A stretch of 64,000 bases of DNA from Bacilli bacterium (GTDB lineage Bacteria; Bacillota_I; Bacilli_A; RF39; UBA660), in assembly GCA_051872635.1 (NCBI GenBank), contig JBJEEA010000004.1, forward strand, positions 12,739-76,738. The letters run 5' to 3'. The position numbers and the translations under genes were made by a program. Shown piece after piece: positions 20,719-31,466 of this stretch. Every line of letters starts with the position of its first letter. The stretch's first letter is position 1. The notes beneath the pieces are model-generated. The model was not told the DNA's origin. It saw nothing but the letters and a program-made list of their open reading frames with translations, and made no database searches.

Positions 20719-21046
20719 TTATTTTTTATCTATTACTTTTTCTAAAAACTCTTTATCTTTAAATGCTCTTCTTTTATTGTTTTTTATGTGGGCAATATTA
20801 ATTATTTATTCTAGTGTAGTATGTTCCAATTTTCCTAATGGTTTTATTACCTCAAGAATAAACGATAGTTCTTCTATTCTATTACTACCACCAGAATCTA
20901 ATACCTCATTATATTCTTCATATAACTTTTTTCTAGTTCTTCTTTGTACTCTTTATCTGATAATATTTTAGTAAGGTTATTCATCTTTTTCTTTTATTAT
21001 GTTTGGAATATTATTCTCTTACTAATTTATGGTATATTCTTTCCAT
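20719..21046 (-). pseudogene. Decayed nucleoside-triphosphate pyrophosphohydrolase (PRA-PH/MazG-like)
   Basis: Manual reading across about 3 frameshifts and 2 stops: MERIYHKLVR/xNIPNIIKEKDE*..KILSDKEYKEELE/KLYEEYNEVLDSGGSNRIEELSFILEVI...KRRAF. Matches the family's KLVRDxIP...EEL pattern. Confidence 0.75.
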
Positions 21047-21075
21047 GTTATTCATTTTTCCAATTTTCCTACATG

Positions 21076-22740
21076 CTATTTTTTGGGTTTTATTTCATCC
21101 TTTTCATATTGTTGCTGAGCAAATTCCATAGAATGTTCTATAAGATCTAAATATGTCTTTTTTAATGCTAATTCTCCGCTTGATAAAATAAATTTCATAC
21201 TTCCATATAGTTTTAATAATGTTTGATAATTTTTTAATTCTATCTTTTCTTGTGATTTTTCTGATTTTTTATATTCACCATTCAAATTATTCCTATCATT
21301 ATAATTTGAATAAATTATAGGCTTTCTATACCTTGAAAAGCAGTAGCTCATATTTGATAATGCCAAAGATAATTCACTTTCATTTAGATTATTTAAATAA
21401 TTTGATACTTTTCTTGGAAAATTTATACATAAATATGCTAAATAATCTGCTCCTACTGATGTATTACAAATATTATTTATCTTTAAAAAGTCTAATGTTG
21501 TATTACCTTTTTCATCATAAAATGTTTTTAGCATAGGAAACTTTTGTATATATTGTGGTTTTTTAGAAATAATATCATTTAAGTGTGCTACATCATAAAA
21601 AGAGGTTTTTGAAAAAGTTTTTGTAGTAGCATCAGTTTTTTCATATTCAAATCTTCTGTTAGCTGTACCTTGGCTATTTAATTGTGATTTTTTGCATAAT
21701 TCTTCCCTTAACTTACTATTTTGTATAACATCTGAATAAAACTTTTGGCAAACATCCCAACCTTTTTCTGTAGCATCAACTTCTATATCATCTGAATCAT
21801 GATTTTCAGCATAATCTTTTAATTCGTTATCTAGGATGACTCGTTTTAACATCATATAACCTTCACTATTAAATGTACTTTTTCTTGACATATGCGTCTG
21901 ATATTGATGTGAGAACTCGTGATATGCCACTATCATCAAAAATGTGAAATCTGTTCCTTTTTTTACATATGTTTTGTCTATGTCATTTATGCTTTTAAAA
22001 TTTATATGTTTAAAAATTTCTCTATTCATATAAACATGTGATTGGCGATGTGATACACCTGGACCTTTAACATTTTTATCATCTGCAACTATTCTAGAAT
22101 TCATCGGATTGAATCCATTTTCTCTAGGATAGAATTTAGGTATAAATGATAAAATTGCATCTAGCACATATTCACTACATTCTAATTTAGAATTAGATTT
22201 TGTTAAATTATTAAATATATATTCAATTAATTTTTTATGATACTGATTATTAGGATCACGATTAAATGCATATACATCGCAAATTTTGTTTAATTCCTGC
22301 TGTGTTATTTGCTCATTTCTTGAAATCTTTTCATTAATTACTTTAATACTATTTATCTTTTCATTTGTACTCTGATTTATTTTATTATAAACTTCACTAC
22401 CTAGCATTTGTATTAGTTCTTCTCTTGTAAAGCAATGAAAAAAACAGCTTTGAAAAAAGTATCCGGTATTTAAGTTTATTGATTCTTTTAGATGCTCTAT
22501 ATAATTTTTAAATTCAGTTGTTTTTATAAATTCAGGATTTTTTTTTATTCTTTTAACTACATAATTATTTAATGATTCTTGAAATAATATTAATGACCCA
22601 TCCACCTTTTTATCTTGTTCATATCTATGTTTGTAATTTACTGCTAAACCATTTAACAATTTAGGATCTAATAAAAACTTTAAATAAGATTGTTCTGGAT
22701 AGTCATTTACATATTTTTCATTATACTCCATATTTCTCAT
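21076..22740 (-). CDS. Large hypothetical protein with HEXXH (zincin-like) motif
   Basis: 554-aa ORF; VAYHEFSHQYQ followed by YAENHDSDDIEVDA. Confidence 0.7.
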   Translation of the reverse strand: MRNMEYNEKYVNDYPEQSYLKFLLDPKLLNGLAVNYKHRYEQDKKVDGSLILFQESLNNYVVKRIKKNPEFIKTTEFKNYIEHLKESINLNTGYFFQSCFFHCFTREELIQMLGSEVYNKINQSTNEKINSIKVINEKISRNEQITQQELNKICDVYAFNRDPNNQYHKKLIEYIFNNLTKSNSKLECSEYVLDAILSFIPKFYPRENGFNPMNSRIVADDKNVKGPGVSHRQSHVYMNREIFKHINFKSINDIDKTYVKKGTDFTFLMIVAYHEFSHQYQTHMSRKSTFNSEGYMMLKRVILDNELKDYAENHDSDDIEVDATEKGWDVCQKFYSDVIQNSKLREELCKKSQLNSQGTANRRFEYEKTDATTKTFSKTSFYDVAHLNDIISKKPQYIQKFPMLKTFYDEKGNTTLDFLKINNICNTSVGADYLAYLCINFPRKVSNYLNNLNESELSLALSNMSYCFSRYRKPIIYSNYNDRNNLNGEYKKSEKSQEKIELKNYQTLLKLYGSMKFILSSGELALKKTYLDLIEHSMEFAQQQYEKDEIKPKK

Positions 22741-22840
22741 CTCCTATTTTAATTTTATCATTTATTAAGTTATAATTCTATCTTTTATTTAATAGTATGT
22801 AAAATCTGTAAATGGTAAAATAATTTAATAATAAACTATT

Positions 22841-22916
22841 AAATTAATAGACCTTAGGCTATTAATTTCTTTTTGAAGACCTTAGGCTTCAAAAAAAGTG
22901 AGGAGACTACAGGCTC
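22841..22916 (+). repeat. Cluster of three hairpins with AC-YNNA-GG apex
   Basis: AAATTAATAG-ACCTTAGG-CTATTAATTT; TTTTTGAAG-ACCTTAGG-CTTCAAAAA; GAG-ACTACAGG-CTC. Confidence 0.85.
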
Positions 22917-23045
22917 TGAACTTAACAAAACATTTGCTTTTTTATAAAATATGTAGTATAATTTAATGCAGTGGTTATTCTTTTTAATTTTACATTTTTG
23001 TAGTTTTATTTTTTTAACGAAAAAATTTAGAGAAAGGAGAATTTA

Positions 23046-24719
23046 ATGAATACAAAAATAATCCCTCTTGGGGGACTTGGTGAAGTCGGTAAAAACATGT
23101 ATGTAGTAATGCATGATTCGGAAATTATTATTGTCGACTCTGGTGTTATGTTTCCAGATGATGAACTACTTGGAATCGACTATGTTATTCCCGACTATAC
23201 CTTTTTAAAAGAAAATGAAAGTAAAATTAAGGCACTTTTTATTACGCATGGACACGAAGATCATATTGGAAGTATTCCCTTTTTACTTCAAAGTGTGAAT
23301 ATTCCTAAAATTTATGCTCCAGCGAACGCTAAAGAGCTTATTGAAAAGAAATTAGATGAAAGAAATATTATATATAAAAATTTAATTGTTTACGATGAAA
23401 ACACTATTGTTAAAACGAAATACTTTAATGTAGAATTTTTTAGAACAACTCACTCTATTCCTGATTCTCATGGTCTTGCAATTGGTACTCCTGATGGTAC
23501 TATTGTCATGACTGGAGATTTTAAGTTTGATATGACTCCTATTGGACCAATGGCTAATTTACATAAGATGGCTAGATTAGGTGAAAAAGGGGTAGCAGTA
23601 CTTATGAGTGATTCTACTAATGCTCTGTCTCCTGGAACTTCGCTTAGTGAATCTGTAGTTGATGAAAATTTAGGAGAGATTTTTGCTACTTGTAAATACA
23701 ATAGAATTATTCTCGCTACGTTTGCTTCAAATGTATATAGAATTAAACATATTATTGAAACTTGTAAAAAGAATAATAGAAAGATTGCTCTATTTGGAAG
23801 AAGTATGGAGAATACTGTTGATATTGCCCTTAAATGTGGATATTTTAAAGATAAGAGTATTATTGTTACAGCGGAAGAAGCTAATCATATGAAGCCTAGT
23901 GAAGTATGTCTTTTATGTACAGGTAGTCAAGGTGAACCACTCGCAGCACTATCACGTATTGCCAGTGGTACGCATAGACAAATTACACTAATGCCTAATG
24001 ATGTTGTTATATTCTCTTCTTCTCCTATCCCAGGAAATACGGCTTCAGTATCAAGAACGATTAATAAACTATACAAGAAAGGCGTTAAAGTATTTACTAA
24101 TTCTACTGTAGATATTCACTCATCAGGACATGCTAATCAAGAAGAACTTAAGCTCATGATAAGATTATTTAAACCTAAATACTTTGTTCCTTATCATGGT
24201 GAATTTAGAATGCTTAAAACTCATGCTGACCTTGGAGTGATGTGTGGTGTAGATAAAGAAAATACTTTTGTCTTAGAAAACGGCGATGTTTTGGATTTAT
24301 GTAAAGGTACTCTAAAAAAGGGTGGAAAAGTTCAAGCAGGTGAAGTTTATGTCGATGGATCGCGTATTGGAGATGTAGGAAGTGCCGTTATTAAGGATAG
24401 AATTCTGATGAGTAATAATGGTATTTTGGTTATCATTGCCAATATTGATCTTCAAAATAAAGTACTTTTGAGTAGTCCTGCTATTACTACTAGAGGATAT
24501 ATTTTGGTAAATGAAAATGCTGAACTTATTCGAGAAGTGCAAAATAAGGCAGAAGAGATTATTCGAAACGAACTTGCTAAAAAAATATTTAATTTTAATG
24601 ACATGAAGACGGAAATGATTAATGGTCTTATGCCAATATTATCGGATAAAACGGGAAGAGTTCCAATTATCTTGCCGATTGTTATGGATGTTAAGACAAA
24701 TAAAGTAGAGATCAAGTAA
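23046..24719 (+). CDS. rnj: Ribonuclease J
   Basis: PLGGLGEVGKNM, THGHEDHIG, HSIPD, GSQGEP and HSSGHA. Confidence 0.98.
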   Translation: MNTKIIPLGGLGEVGKNMYVVMHDSEIIIVDSGVMFPDDELLGIDYVIPDYTFLKENESKIKALFITHGHEDHIGSIPFLLQSVNIPKIYAPANAKELIEKKLDERNIIYKNLIVYDENTIVKTKYFNVEFFRTTHSIPDSHGLAIGTPDGTIVMTGDFKFDMTPIGPMANLHKMARLGEKGVAVLMSDSTNALSPGTSLSESVVDENLGEIFATCKYNRIILATFASNVYRIKHIIETCKKNNRKIALFGRSMENTVDIALKCGYFKDKSIIVTAEEANHMKPSEVCLLCTGSQGEPLAALSRIASGTHRQITLMPNDVVIFSSSPIPGNTASVSRTINKLYKKGVKVFTNSTVDIHSSGHANQEELKLMIRLFKPKYFVPYHGEFRMLKTHADLGVMCGVDKENTFVLENGDVLDLCKGTLKKGGKVQAGEVYVDGSRIGDVGSAVIKDRILMSNNGILVIIANIDLQNKVLLSSPAITTRGYILVNENAELIREVQNKAEEIIRNELAKKIFNFNDMKTEMINGLMPILSDKTGRVPIILPIVMDVKTNKVEIK

Positions 24720-24725
24720 AAGAAG

Positions 24726-24762
24726 AAAAGACAGTTTATTTTTATAATAGATTGTCTTTTTT
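24726..24762 (+). terminator. Intrinsic terminator after rnj
   Basis: AAAAGACAGT...ATTGTCTTTT hairpin ending in a T-run. Confidence 0.6.
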
Positions 24763-24862
24763 ATAAAACAATATATTAGTTCCACTACAGAAAATTTTAA
24801 AATAAACTCAAGATTTAGTTTGCTTTGTTTTATATTTATGTTATAATTTAAGTGTGATAATT

Positions 24863-25684
24863 ATGAATATATTGGTGACTATAAATAGAAATTATTTGAA
24901 ACAACTATTAATTTTATTAAAATCTTTACAAAAAAGTAATGATAATGTATTATTTGATGTTTTTGTTATGGCTAAAGATATAACTGATTTAGATATTAAA
25001 AATATTCAAGAAAATTTATCAAAAAAAATTACTATACATTTAATAAATATTCCTGATAGTGAAATTGATAATTTCCCAGTTGTAGAAAAAAGATATCCTA
25101 TTGAAATATATTTTAGATTATTTGCAACTAAATATTTACCACAAGATATTGATAAAATATTATATTTAGATACAGATATAGTTGTTATTAATTCCTTACA
25201 AAAACTTTATGATATGGATTTTCAAAATAATTATTTTATTGCCACTACGCATGTTCGAAAATTTATTCATAAGTTTCATGAAGTTAGATTAAATATGAAC
25301 AGTAGTAATGTTTATGTTAATACAGGGGTTTTATTGATGAATTTAAAGGCTTTAAGAAAAACCAATATTGAAAGAGACGTTATTAACTTTGTAGATAAAA
25401 ATAAGTATAAATTGATGTTACCTGATCAAGATATATTAAGTGCTTTATATGGTGATAAAGTCATGTTGGTTGATGCCCTAATTTATAATTTAGGTGAGAG
25501 AGGATATAATTTATATAACTTAAATAATAAAAATAAAATAGATTTGAATTGGGTAAGAAAAAACAGTGTTATTATTCATTATTATGGACGTAATAAACCT
25601 TGGGCTAAAAATTATCGTGGTGAATTAAATGTTTTTTACAATGAAATAGTTGATGAAAGGGAAGTTATACACAAGAATGTATAA
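24863..25684 (+). CDS. Glycosyltransferase family 8
   Basis: YFRLF, ILYLDTD, YVNTGVLLMNL, PDQDILS and IIHYYGRNKPW. Confidence 0.9.
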   Translation: MNILVTINRNYLKQLLILLKSLQKSNDNVLFDVFVMAKDITDLDIKNIQENLSKKITIHLINIPDSEIDNFPVVEKRYPIEIYFRLFATKYLPQDIDKILYLDTDIVVINSLQKLYDMDFQNNYFIATTHVRKFIHKFHEVRLNMNSSNVYVNTGVLLMNLKALRKTNIERDVINFVDKNKYKLMLPDQDILSALYGDKVMLVDALIYNLGERGYNLYNLNNKNKIDLNWVRKNSVIIHYYGRNKPWAKNYRGELNVFYNEIVDEREVIHKNV

Positions 25685-25916
25685 CTTTCTTTAGTATTAT
25701 TTATAATATTTTCCTTTTATATAGATTAGAAGTGTAAAAAAACATCTAATTTAATAATTACATATACCAATATGACCAATAAGGATATAATAGTAAAAGA
25801 AAAAGTTATAAAAGCTAGTTATGGAGAAGTTAATTTAATCAAAAAATATATAATCACCTATAAATATTAGTTAAATAAAAGATAAAAATAAATACTAGTA
25901 TATTAAAAGTAAAAAG

Positions 25917-26354
25917 CTATAGATACTCTTTAAAAATATCTATAGTTTTTTCTTGAAATTGTAAAAACTCTTTAGCTAGTTCCAAATCTTTATCGGATGC
26001 TTCCTTTTCATAATCTTTAATTTTCTTTTCCATGTCGATAGTTCCCATCGATACACCTTTAATAAGAAGGTCCGCTATAGCAGAATCACTATTATCGTGT
26101 TTGACTTCTTTGCTGATGCCCATTTTTGCCATCATTTTCTCAAATATACCAGTTTCGGATATTTCAGCTTTTTCTTTTTTTAAATACTTTTTAGTCTTAC
26201 TCTTCCATTCTTCATACTCTTTAAGAACATCTTCAAGTACTTGTTTAATTTTATTATCTTTGTCTTTTAAATCTTCAAGAAGTTTAGTTAGTGTATAAGA
26301 AGCCATCTCGGCATCTTGATAAATATGTAATACTAGTTCATTATTTTCTTTCAT
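25917..26354 (-). CDS. Conserved-type helical (possibly ferritin-like) hypothetical protein
   Basis: 145 aa with strong RBS; LHIYQDAEM...SDSAIADLLIKGVSMG; all-helical pattern. Confidence 0.65.
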   Translation of the reverse strand: MKENNELVLHIYQDAEMASYTLTKLLEDLKDKDNKIKQVLEDVLKEYEEWKSKTKKYLKKEKAEISETGIFEKMMAKMGISKEVKHDNSDSAIADLLIKGVSMGTIDMEKKIKDYEKEASDKDLELAKEFLQFQEKTIDIFKEYL

Positions 26355-26632
26355 AGAAGTCTCCTTTCACATATATTATTAACACTTTGATATAAAATAT
26401 AATTGTTATTTTCATACATAATCTAACTTTATAAATGACCGCTAGTACATTAGAAATTAAAAATATAATAATAAATTAATTGAATAATATCTATTAGGAA
26501 AAAATTAAATGGAAAAAAAGCAATAGCGAAATCTATTCATAATATTACTAAATTTGTTTTAGAAACTAAGATATTTATTTAATTTACTTCTTAAAATATA
26601 CATGTTATAATATTTCAAAAGGAAGTGCTGTA

Positions 26633-27082
26633 ATGAAAAGAATATATGTAATTGCCAATACAAATTTTAATATTGAAAATAAGGACTATAATAATATTTT
26701 AATAGAAAATTGGAATAGTATTGTAAATAAAGAAGATATAGTATATCATTTGGGTAATTTTGGGATAGGAACTTTAGAGGAATTAAAGTCATTATATGAT
26801 AAGTTAAATGGTATTAAATATCTAATACTAGGGGAAGAAGATATGCGTTATGATAAAGATTTTTTTGATGAAATAGGTTTTAAAGAAGTATATGAACATG
26901 AAATAGTAATCGGTAAGTACGTTCTTACGTATTATCCTAAAGATGTTCTAAATGGCATGATAAATATTTATGGTAAAGATAATTGTGAAGATATAGTTAG
27001 TAATTTTAAAAATAAGAATTATGTATGTGTATCGGCAGAGAATATAAATAGTAGACCTATTCTATTAAAGGAAGAAGAATAG
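26633..27082 (+). CDS. Calcineurin-like phosphoesterase homolog lacking canonical metal ligands
   Basis: IYVIANTNF...NWNSIVNKEDIVYHLGNF...YLILGEED aligns to the SDTHF/NWNxxV/YHLGDF/GNHD family with ligands substituted. Confidence 0.7.
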   Translation: MKRIYVIANTNFNIENKDYNNILIENWNSIVNKEDIVYHLGNFGIGTLEELKSLYDKLNGIKYLILGEEDMRYDKDFFDEIGFKEVYEHEIVIGKYVLTYYPKDVLNGMINIYGKDNCEDIVSNFKNKNYVCVSAENINSRPILLKEEE

Positions 27083-27092
27083 CTAAATATTA

Positions 27093-27134
27093 AAATAAAA
27101 AGACAGTAGCATTTTTACTACTGTTTTATTTTGT
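27093..27134. terminator. Bidirectional terminator between convergent genes
   Basis: AATAAAAAGACAGTAG...CTACTGTTTTATT inverted repeat with A- and T-runs. Confidence 0.6.
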
Positions 27135-27136
27135 AG

Positions 27137-28236
27137 TTATTGAACTATTAGAATCTGACCGATACTAAGTAGATTAGAAGATAGGTTATTGAGCTCTTTT
27201 AATTTATCAACTGTTGTATTATATTTTCGAGCTATAGAGTAGAGACTATCACCACTTTTAACGGTATAGGTAGTTTCCAAACTAGCTTCTTTTGGTATTT
27301 TTAACACTTGGCCGATACTTAACAAGTTGGATTGCAAGTTATTTTCACTTTTAATAGCATCAACAGTTGTGTTATATTCCCTAGCAATGGAATATAAGGA
27401 ATCTCCACTTTTTACCGTATAAGTAATTGTTGTGGTAGTTTCACTAGCAGTAGGTAATTTTAGTACTTGACCGATGGATAAAATATTACTAGTAAGATTA
27501 TTTGCTTCTTTTAAGGCATCAACAGTTGTGTTGAATTTTTTAGAAATTGAATAGAGAGAATCGCCTTTTTGAACAGTATATGTTTCTTCTGGAATTAAAG
27601 GGCTTTGCAATTTAAGTAACTGTCCAATTTGAAGAGTATTGCTAGTGAGATTATTTAATTCTTTTATAGTATCAACAGTTGTATTGTTGTCTCTAGCTAT
27701 GGAATATAAAGTATCTCCGGCTTTTACGATATAAATATTTTCTTCTCCCTCATAGACTTCTTCAGTAGGTATTTTTAGTACTTGACCGATACTGAGTGAT
27801 GAACTAGTTAAATTATTTAATTTAGTTAGCTCTTGTACTGTAGTTCCAAGTTTATTGGCAATGCTATATAGGGTATCACCCTTTTGGACGATATAGGTAT
27901 TAGATGTTATTCCTTCAGGAGAAGTGTATGGGACACCAGCATAATTTGCTACTGCTGAAATTACAGCCTCTGCTAGTTGTTGGTAGTTATTATTTAGAAA
28001 ATTTACATCTTTGGCATTATCAATAAAACCATATTCGACAATTATTGGTTGAGTATTACCAGTATTTCTATGTATAAAGTAGTAATCTTTAGAAGTATCA
28101 CTAGGAAGTCTTCTCTGATAGTATTTTCTGGTAGTCTGTCCTGTAGCGCCAATATTGTTTAGGACGTTTTTGGCGAGGGTATCTGAATTTCTAAGGGCAT
28201 AGATTACTTCAGCACCTTCGCCACCTCCGGAGTTTA
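27137..28236 (-). CDS. 3' part of split N-acetylmuramoyl-L-alanine amidase (Amidase_3 C-terminal half + 5 LysM domains)
   Basis: Manual translation from 28235: NSGGGEGAEVIYALRNSDTLAKNVL...IIVEYGFIDNAKD... then five LysM repeats (YIVQKGD, YIVKAGD, YTVQKGD, YTVKSGD x2). No stops. The first in-frame start codon is TTG 27610 and an in-frame TAA lies just upstream of the junction. Confidence 0.93.
28221..28236. repeat. attR core: 16-bp direct repeat CCACCTCCGGAGTTTA
   Basis: Identical to 40693-40708. Confidence 0.95.
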
Positions 28237-28299
28237 GTTACCGCTGTTAATTATTTACTTTTGTTCCACATTGTTCCGTTTGCGGTATAAAAGTAATTC

Positions 28300-29703
28300 T
28301 TATATCATTATATTGCATCTAAACAATTCGTTAATTACATGTTTTATTTTATCATCATCTACTCCATAATACTTAAGTTGCATAATATATATAACATATT
28401 CTAAATAAATTAAATCAAGTAAAGATAATCCTATAAATTCTTGATCTATGTCTCCGTGTGCAAAATGATTTCTTTGCGTTGATAATCTATTTCCCATTTT
28501 AGTATAATTTAGTTTTTCACCATTTAAACTATATAAGTGATTACCAAATATATCAGAAATATCACTATAATCTTTCCCATATTGAACTATACTAGATTTT
28601 AAACTATCTGTTTTTATTAATTTTTTCAAAAACTTAAATATTTCTTTCGTCTTTCCAGAATTATTATTTATTAAATTTTCAATTTTGTTTGTTACATTTT
28701 GTTCAGCTATTATCGTTTTTTCACTTTTTTTAATACCGTTAGGATAATTTCTTTTAAATTCCCATTCAAATCCAGCTGTTATCATCACAAATCTTCCTGC
28801 ATTAATTCTTCTTCCAGATTCATATGTATCTGGGATATGTTCAAAATAAATACTTTTACTGTTTATGTCATTCATAATATTACCCATAGCACCTTTTATA
28901 TATTCATATTTTATAAATTTACCTTTTTCTAATGGATACAATTCTACATCACTTTCGTTATCTTCGCTTTTATACAACGTTGCAAAATGTTGATGTAACC
29001 CATTATCGGCCGGAGCAGATATTTCAACACTCGTAAAAATAATATTTCTTCTATAACACAAATATTGTACAAATTTCTTTGTTAATTCCAGTAATTTAAT
29101 AATAAATTCATAATTATTAGTAGGTTCAAACTCTAAATATAAAGTAGAATTCATATTTAAAGGGGCTTCTCCTATTTTATAACTACTAGATATAGAAATA
29201 CCGAAATACATATAAATTTCCGTATCATCTATTTTAAACATTTCTTTATCAGTTGTAGTTTCTCTAAATGGGCGCGTATCAACACCTAAAGTTCCATCTT
29301 CTCCCCACTTTAATTTATTTAATGCTATAGTCGTTGGATATATATAATTTATTTCTGGTCCTTTGATAGCAATTCTGTCTATTGTTTCTTTTCTTAATTT
29401 ATTTATTATAAAATATTTCACATTAACTATCAGTACAGAATTTATTCTTCCAACATCGTATGTATCTGGAATAAAAATAATATTGTTTCCAGTTTCATTA
29501 CATGTCCCAACTAAAGTTTCCTCAATATACAAAGGTTCACCTAAAGTGTATATACCTGTTTCTAATTTCTTCATAAACCATCGTTCAATCGTTTCTTTTT
29601 CTTCTTTTGGCGGTATTAATTTCAATTTTTTCTTATCAAACACAAAAGTAAAATCTATATCTCTATATTTTAAACTTCCAGTATAAATTTCTAATTCTTT
29701 CAT
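28300..29703 (-). CDS. ApeA-like N-terminal domain + HEPN RNase protein
   Basis: C-terminal RLSTQRNHFAHGD (R-x4-H HEPN motif) after a ~300-aa beta-rich N-terminal region; architecture resembles ApeA-type proteins. Confidence 0.7.
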   Translation of the reverse strand: MKELEIYTGSLKYRDIDFTFVFDKKKLKLIPPKEEKETIERWFMKKLETGIYTLGEPLYIEETLVGTCNETGNNIIFIPDTYDVGRINSVLIVNVKYFIINKLRKETIDRIAIKGPEINYIYPTTIALNKLKWGEDGTLGVDTRPFRETTTDKEMFKIDDTEIYMYFGISISSSYKIGEAPLNMNSTLYLEFEPTNNYEFIIKLLELTKKFVQYLCYRRNIIFTSVEISAPADNGLHQHFATLYKSEDNESDVELYPLEKGKFIKYEYIKGAMGNIMNDINSKSIYFEHIPDTYESGRRINAGRFVMITAGFEWEFKRNYPNGIKKSEKTIIAEQNVTNKIENLINNNSGKTKEIFKFLKKLIKTDSLKSSIVQYGKDYSDISDIFGNHLYSLNGEKLNYTKMGNRLSTQRNHFAHGDIDQEFIGLSLLDLIYLEYVIYIMQLKYYGVDDDKIKHVINELFRCNIMI

Positions 29704-29735
29704 ATAATTTCTCCTTATGGCTAATTATTATAACA

Positions 29736-31397
29736 TTAATCTTTCTTTTTGCCAATTCTTCCATAATGATTTCTAACTAAATTCCTATTTTCATATATAA
29801 AATTAATTTTTGGTATTACATTATACTTAAACATAATGGTTATATTTCTATTTTCATCAATTACTATTTTATCTATTAATGTATTAATTAATTCTTTTTT
29901 AGTTTTCTTTAAATCTAACAGCTCTTTTATCTTTTTAGTATAATCTGGTAGTATATTTGTTTTATTCTTTATATTTTGTTTTTTTAATTTTTCTTCTTCT
30001 ATTATGCTATTAATTTTTTTGAGTTTAATTTCTGATTCTGTAGATAATTCTTTATATAATTGAGTCGAAATAACATTATTATATCTATCATTATATAATG
30101 TTGATAATTTATTCATGATTTGTTCTTTTTCTTTTAATAAATCATTTATTTTTTTATCTATATCTTCTGTTTCTCTATGAACATTTTTTTGTACTTCTTT
30201 ATTTAATTCTTCTACATCTAACTCTTTTATAAATGTTGATACTGAATTATTAAATTGTTCTAGTATTTGTTCTTCTAAATAATCATATGGATAAAAATGT
30301 GAACTACATCTTCCTCTCTTTGGATCTCTAGAATATTTATTACAATTAATTGACCAGTAATCAAGTTTCTTTCTGTAATAAACAGATAATCTATTACCAC
30401 ACTCTTTACAAAATATTTTACCTTCTAAAATTCTTTTTGGTCTTTCTGTTTTTAAACTATAATTTCTAGTTTTTCTTTTTCCTAAAGATTTAATATATTT
30501 AAAAGTTTCTTTATCCACTAAAGGTTCATGAGTATCTTCAACTATTACCCATAAACTTTCATCTAAAGTTATTTTCTTCTTTGATTTATAATTTACTTTT
30601 GTTTGAGTGTGCTGAACCATATCGCCAGTATAAATTCTATTACTTAAAATTTTCTTTACTGTTGATATATTCCAACTATCTCTATCAATCAATCTAGAAG
30701 AATAATTAGTTTTCTTATATCCTGCTGGTGTAGGTGCATTCATATCATTTAATCTTGTTGCTATTTCTGTTGGTCCTATTCCCTCTGCTCTCCAATTAAA
30801 TATTTTTTTTACAATTGGTGCAGTTTCTAGATTAGGTATTAAATGTCCTTTATCTAATGGATCTCTCATATAACCATAACATGGCTGACTTCCTATAAAT
30901 TTACCATTCTTTCTTTTATCATTTAATACATTTCTTATCTTTATAGAATTTTGTTTACTATAATAATCATTACAAGCAATTATAAATGTTGAAGAATCAT
31001 TACTAGCTTGATTTTTAAAACTATCATATGATTCAAGTATAGATATAAATCTTATATTATTCTCAGGAAAAAATGTTTCAATATAATACCCTGTCATAAC
31101 ATGATCTCTACCAAATCTAGATAAATCTTTAACAACTACGCAATTAATCTTTTTTTGTTTTATATCTTCTAACATTTTTTGAAATCCAGGTCTATCAAAA
31201 TTAGTTCCAGAATATCCATCATCTATATATTCTCCACACAGATTAAAATTATTATTTTTAACATAACTTCTTAGTAATTCTTTTTGATTAATAACACTTT
31301 CACTATCAGATTCATATTTTTTATCTTTATCTTCTTGAGATAATCTTATATAGATTCCAACATTGAAATCCATTTCAGTTAAGTAAGTATTATACAT
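29736..31397 (-). CDS. Large serine recombinase (resolvase + recombinase + Zn-ribbon + coiled coil)
   Basis: GIYIRLSQED (catalytic Ser), DDGYSGTNFDRPGF, VVKDLSRFGR, PCYGY, and Zn ribbon CKECG...CNKY...C. Confidence 0.96.
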   Translation of the reverse strand: MYNTYLTEMDFNVGIYIRLSQEDKDKKYESDSESVINQKELLRSYVKNNNFNLCGEYIDDGYSGTNFDRPGFQKMLEDIKQKKINCVVVKDLSRFGRDHVMTGYYIETFFPENNIRFISILESYDSFKNQASNDSSTFIIACNDYYSKQNSIKIRNVLNDKRKNGKFIGSQPCYGYMRDPLDKGHLIPNLETAPIVKKIFNWRAEGIGPTEIATRLNDMNAPTPAGYKKTNYSSRLIDRDSWNISTVKKILSNRIYTGDMVQHTQTKVNYKSKKKITLDESLWVIVEDTHEPLVDKETFKYIKSLGKRKTRNYSLKTERPKRILEGKIFCKECGNRLSVYYRKKLDYWSINCNKYSRDPKRGRCSSHFYPYDYLEEQILEQFNNSVSTFIKELDVEELNKEVQKNVHRETEDIDKKINDLLKEKEQIMNKLSTLYNDRYNNVISTQLYKELSTESEIKLKKINSIIEEEKLKKQNIKNKTNILPDYTKKIKELLDLKKTKKELINTLIDKIVIDENRNITIMFKYNVIPKINFIYENRNLVRNHYGRIGKKKD

Positions 31398-31466
31398 TCA
31401 ATCCTCCTTTTCTTCTTACTTGACTGAGTATTAAGACAATTTAATAATACCGCATTATTAAAAAAA

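Noticed and set aside
27137-27610. Stand-alone 157-aa LysM protein (ORF track)
   Set aside because: The frame is open ~625 nt further upstream to the att site, and the TTG start lacks a good RBS. It is the tail of the split amidase.
27140-27900. Tandem ~150-bp DNA repeats
   Set aside because: Explained by the five LysM coding repeats.
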